Assembly: GCA_030599585.1 (NCBI GenBank)
Contig: JAUVNS010000021.1
Coordinates: 1-61,158, forward strand
DNA from: Promethearchaeota archaeon
Lineage (GTDB): Archaea; Asgardarchaeota; Lokiarchaeia; Sigyniarchaeales; SOKP01
Direction of reading: 5' to 3'
DNA length: 61,158 nucleotides
Shown: positions 58,558 through 61,158 of the stretch, piece by piece
Numbering within the stretch: the first letter of the stretch is position 1
How the letters are laid out: each line of letters starts with the position of its first letter
Program-made: the position numbers and the translations under genes
Notes under the pieces: model-generated
What the model saw: the letters and a program-made list of their open reading frames with translations, nothing else
What the model was told of the DNA's origin: nothing
The model's database searches: none

Positions 58558-58846
58558 ACAGTTTAGGTATATGGGTTCTATAAAAAGAAAAAAACATTTT
58601 TGTTAATAACCAAAACACATATTTATAGTTAAAAACTATATGGTTTGTTACAGACTTATTATATGGCGTTTTTAGGAATGGTAGCAAGCACGATCGGAAA
58701 TTACAGTTTAGGTATATGGGTTCTATAAAAAGAAAAAAACATTTTTGTTAATAACCAAAACACATATTTATAGTTAAAAACTATATGGTTTGTTACAGAC
58801 TTATTATATGGCGTTTTAAGGAATGGCTGCGAATACGATTAGTAAG
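58557..58846. repeat. 145-bp tandem duplication of the divergent promoter region
   Basis: tacagtttaggtatatgggttc.. begins at 58557 and at 58702. About 125 bp are near-identical, then the start codons diverge. Confidence 0.95.
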
Positions 58847-60037
58847 TTCGGAAGCGATTATTTGCAATTAGGACTACGAATGGGGAAACACCAAAAAGGA
58901 TACGTAGATTATTACTACGGTCCTTCAAAGATTAAGGAGAAAGTCAACAAAGAATCGAAAACCCTTCCAAAACAACTGCTTAAAGATTGTTCTGTTTTAC
59001 AAAAAGACGTTTTCAAACAAAATTTCGACGCTAAGCGCGAAAAATATCTAACAAAAATGCTTGATGCGATGGAACTTTTCGTCAAACAAGTATTTTTGAA
59101 AAAAAAAATTCCAATTGAAGAAGCTTTACGAATTCAATGCAGTGTGGAAATCAAACCGTTTAAAGAATCTGAAATAGACGATTTGAAGGATCAGTTCGAC
59201 GAAGCGTACGAAGGAAAAGGGACTTTAGAAGAACGAATGAACGCTCTTCGAGTTAAGAGAACGCTCCCTCAAGGCGAAGTTTTAGCTGCGTTCGAAAAAG
59301 GCGTCAAAATCGTTGAGAAAAGAACCAAAGAATTGTTCCCAGACATGCTCCCCGAAGGGCAATTTATTGAGTTAAAACCTAAGTTCAAATCAAAGAGGAT
59401 CAATTGGACGAGCTACGATTGGTATCAAGGGAATTTTAAATCGATTGTGGACGTGACGCTCGACTATGGTAAGTATTGGACGGGTATTCTTCGAACTTGT
59501 GCTCACGAGAGTTATCCTGGACATCACACGGAATTTGCAGTGGCAGAAGATAAGTTACATAACGAACAAAACCATTTCGAACGAGCAATTCTTTTTTATA
59601 GCAACCCTTACATGGTTATATGCGAAGGTATAGCGGACTTAAGCCTTAACGTGCTTTTTACGGCCCGAGAACAAGAAGAAATAGTACTCGCGCTGTTTTG
59701 TCCCGATCCAACAAACGGGCCCTCAGTCGATCTACTAATGAAACAAAATTGCGCCCGTAAAAAGCTTTCTATGTTAAATTTCAACGCGGGATATCACGCT
59801 CACGTGGATGGTTGGAGTAAAAGAAGAGTTTTAAGATACATGAAAAGTTTTGAATTGTGGGACTCGACAAGCCTTAAGAATATAACCAACAAAATTTCTG
59901 ATCCCGTTTATAAAATGGCGCCATACTACTACCAAATCGGTCGACAACTTATTACGAAAAAATTCGGAGAATATCCCTCCGCTAAAGATTTCCGTTATTT
60001 ACTCGAAAATCCACTTCTTCCTCTTGATCTATTGTAA
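58823..60037 (+). CDS. DUF885-like zinc metallopeptidase-fold protein
   Basis: VDYYYGP, AHESYPGHHTE, EGIAD. Confidence 0.7.
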   Translation: MAANTISKFGSDYLQLGLRMGKHQKGYVDYYYGPSKIKEKVNKESKTLPKQLLKDCSVLQKDVFKQNFDAKREKYLTKMLDAMELFVKQVFLKKKIPIEEALRIQCSVEIKPFKESEIDDLKDQFDEAYEGKGTLEERMNALRVKRTLPQGEVLAAFEKGVKIVEKRTKELFPDMLPEGQFIELKPKFKSKRINWTSYDWYQGNFKSIVDVTLDYGKYWTGILRTCAHESYPGHHTEFAVAEDKLHNEQNHFERAILFYSNPYMVICEGIADLSLNVLFTAREQEEIVLALFCPDPTNGPSVDLLMKQNCARKKLSMLNFNAGYHAHVDGWSKRRVLRYMKSFELWDSTSLKNITNKISDPVYKMAPYYYQIGRQLITKKFGEYPSAKDFRYLLENPLLPLDLL

Positions 60038-60081
60038 ATGAGAAAAAAAAAAGGAAAAGAAAAAAAAAGAAAAAATTATAT

Positions 60082-60195
60082 TTAAAAAAACGGTCTAAAA
60101 GCTATTCCGCTTGCGGTTAGTACTATCGCTACAAAACTTGCTACTGCTAACACTGTAGCGGTAGCCACGGCGCTTTTCCAAGTAGTATCTTTCAT
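60082..60195 (-). CDS. 37-aa single-TM micro-protein (below the ORF-track cutoff)
   Basis: MKDTTWKSAVATATVLAVASFVAIVLTASGIAFRPFF; AGAGG upstream and a T-tract downstream. Confidence 0.6.
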   Translation of the reverse strand: MKDTTWKSAVATATVLAVASFVAIVLTASGIAFRPFF

Positions 60196-60349
60196 GTTGT
60201 ATATTCCTCTTACACATGTTTTTTTAGTTGTTGTATCGATTTACTGATAGTTATATTTAAAGGAAAAAAGGAAAAGCAAACTTTTTCTTTAAAAAGGTTC
60301 GATCTGTAAGGAAGGTAAAAACCAATCTATCCTACCGAGTGAGTAATCA

Positions 60350-60721
60350 ATGGCCAGAAATAAAAACGATATTTTTATCCTTCGTAAACAACGCAAGCCA
60401 AACCGAATCTTTCTAGTTTTTGTAGGGATTTTAGGGTTCTTAGCTATAATCGTTCCTTTTTTCGGATCGAACTTGCGATACGTGGCAGGATCGTTCTTCA
60501 AAAACATTTTTACAACCGTGGGAGAAATTTTTCTCACGATCGGGGGGGCGTTATTAGTCATCGGGTTTCTTAAAATCTTTTTCAAAAGATTTAGCGTCAA
60601 GACTATAGTATCCGCTGTCCTTTTATTGTGGATAGGTGCGTTCCTTACGGGAGTATCTTTTGATATTTTAGAATTTGTAATTGGAGGCAATCCCCCACCT
60701 CAAGGATACCACTTTTACTAA
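60350..60721 (+). CDS. 3-TM membrane protein
   Basis: Basic N-terminus followed by three hydrophobic segments. Confidence 0.75.
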   Translation: MARNKNDIFILRKQRKPNRIFLVFVGILGFLAIIVPFFGSNLRYVAGSFFKNIFTTVGEIFLTIGGALLVIGFLKIFFKRFSVKTIVSAVLLLWIGAFLTGVSFDILEFVIGGNPPPQGYHFY

Positions 60722-60831
60722 AAGGAAAAGAAAAATATTAAATCCAAATTAAAAAAGGAAAAATAAGACGATCGTCATAAAATCCATAAAGAAGACGAAA
60801 ATGAGAAATAAAAAAAAAATTAATTTAGTTT

Positions 60832-61158
60832 TTATTTTATAATAAAATTATTGCCTTCTATGATAAACACAAATCTATTAAAAGTAAGGCCTTTTGGAGC
60901 CACGAATTTTAACTCTATGAATTGGGATATACCGTTATTATGATCTGCTCCCAACTCTTCGATCTTTCTATCGTCACTAAACCATAGTAGATTTCTCACT
61001 TGTCCCTCTTCACTATGAATTGCTGAGACAAGATGGAGCTTAAACAACTTTCCATTAGATAATTCTCCCCATAGTTCGACTTTATCGATAAGCGAGATCG
61101 TCTTAGGATGCTCTACTAATCGCAGTAAAAAACGATGTTGTACTGCTACGGGTTGCGC
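60832..61158 (-). CDS. Hypothetical protein (partial; start outside the window)
   Basis: The frame is open from the window end (AQPVAVQHRFLL..) through the 71-aa ORF to the stop at 60832. Confidence 0.6.
   Translation of the reverse strand, partial: AQPVAVQHRFLLRLVEHPKTISLIDKVELWGELSNGKLFKLHLVSAIHSEEGQVRNLLWFSDDRKIEELGADHNNGISQFIELKFVAPKGLTFNRFVFIIEGNNFIIK

Noticed and set aside
60289-60690. 133-aa minus-strand ORF
   Set aside because: Antisense to the more plausible 3-TM gene at 60350..60721.

Overview
AT-rich archaeal DNA that is very likely from an Asgard archaeon (Lokiarchaeia-like). This is inferred from the gene content: Rab-like and MglA-like small GTPases, roadblock and longin-like proteins, a JAB/MPN protein, HdrA-MvhD and HdrBC, and the DUF39/NIL homocysteine synthase pair. 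Bases 1 to about 45.3 kb look like chromosomal backbone with metabolic genes, transporters and many eukaryotic-signature signalling proteins. These include a 7TM-longin fusion, a stand-alone 7TM protein, an NPR2/uDENN-like longin-wHTH protein and a SIR2-TPR giant. From about 45.3 kb to the end the region looks like a mosaic, decaying genomic island. It carries DNA replication/repair genes (NAD-dependent ligase, RPA, a divergent FEN1, a possible TFB-like protein), a pseudogenised mglB-mglA pair and defence-like cargo (Schlafen/AlbA_2, HNH, PD-(D/E)XK, a caspase-like protease, a Cys/His-repeat PI-PLC). It also has several recombination scars: a 2.8-kb insert bounded by tandem repeats that truncates both ligA and mglA, a duplicated gene end around the caspase gene, and a 145-bp promoter duplication. 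I recognised no tRNA, rRNA, CRISPR array, integrase or transposase. All family calls come from reading motifs by eye; no database search was run.
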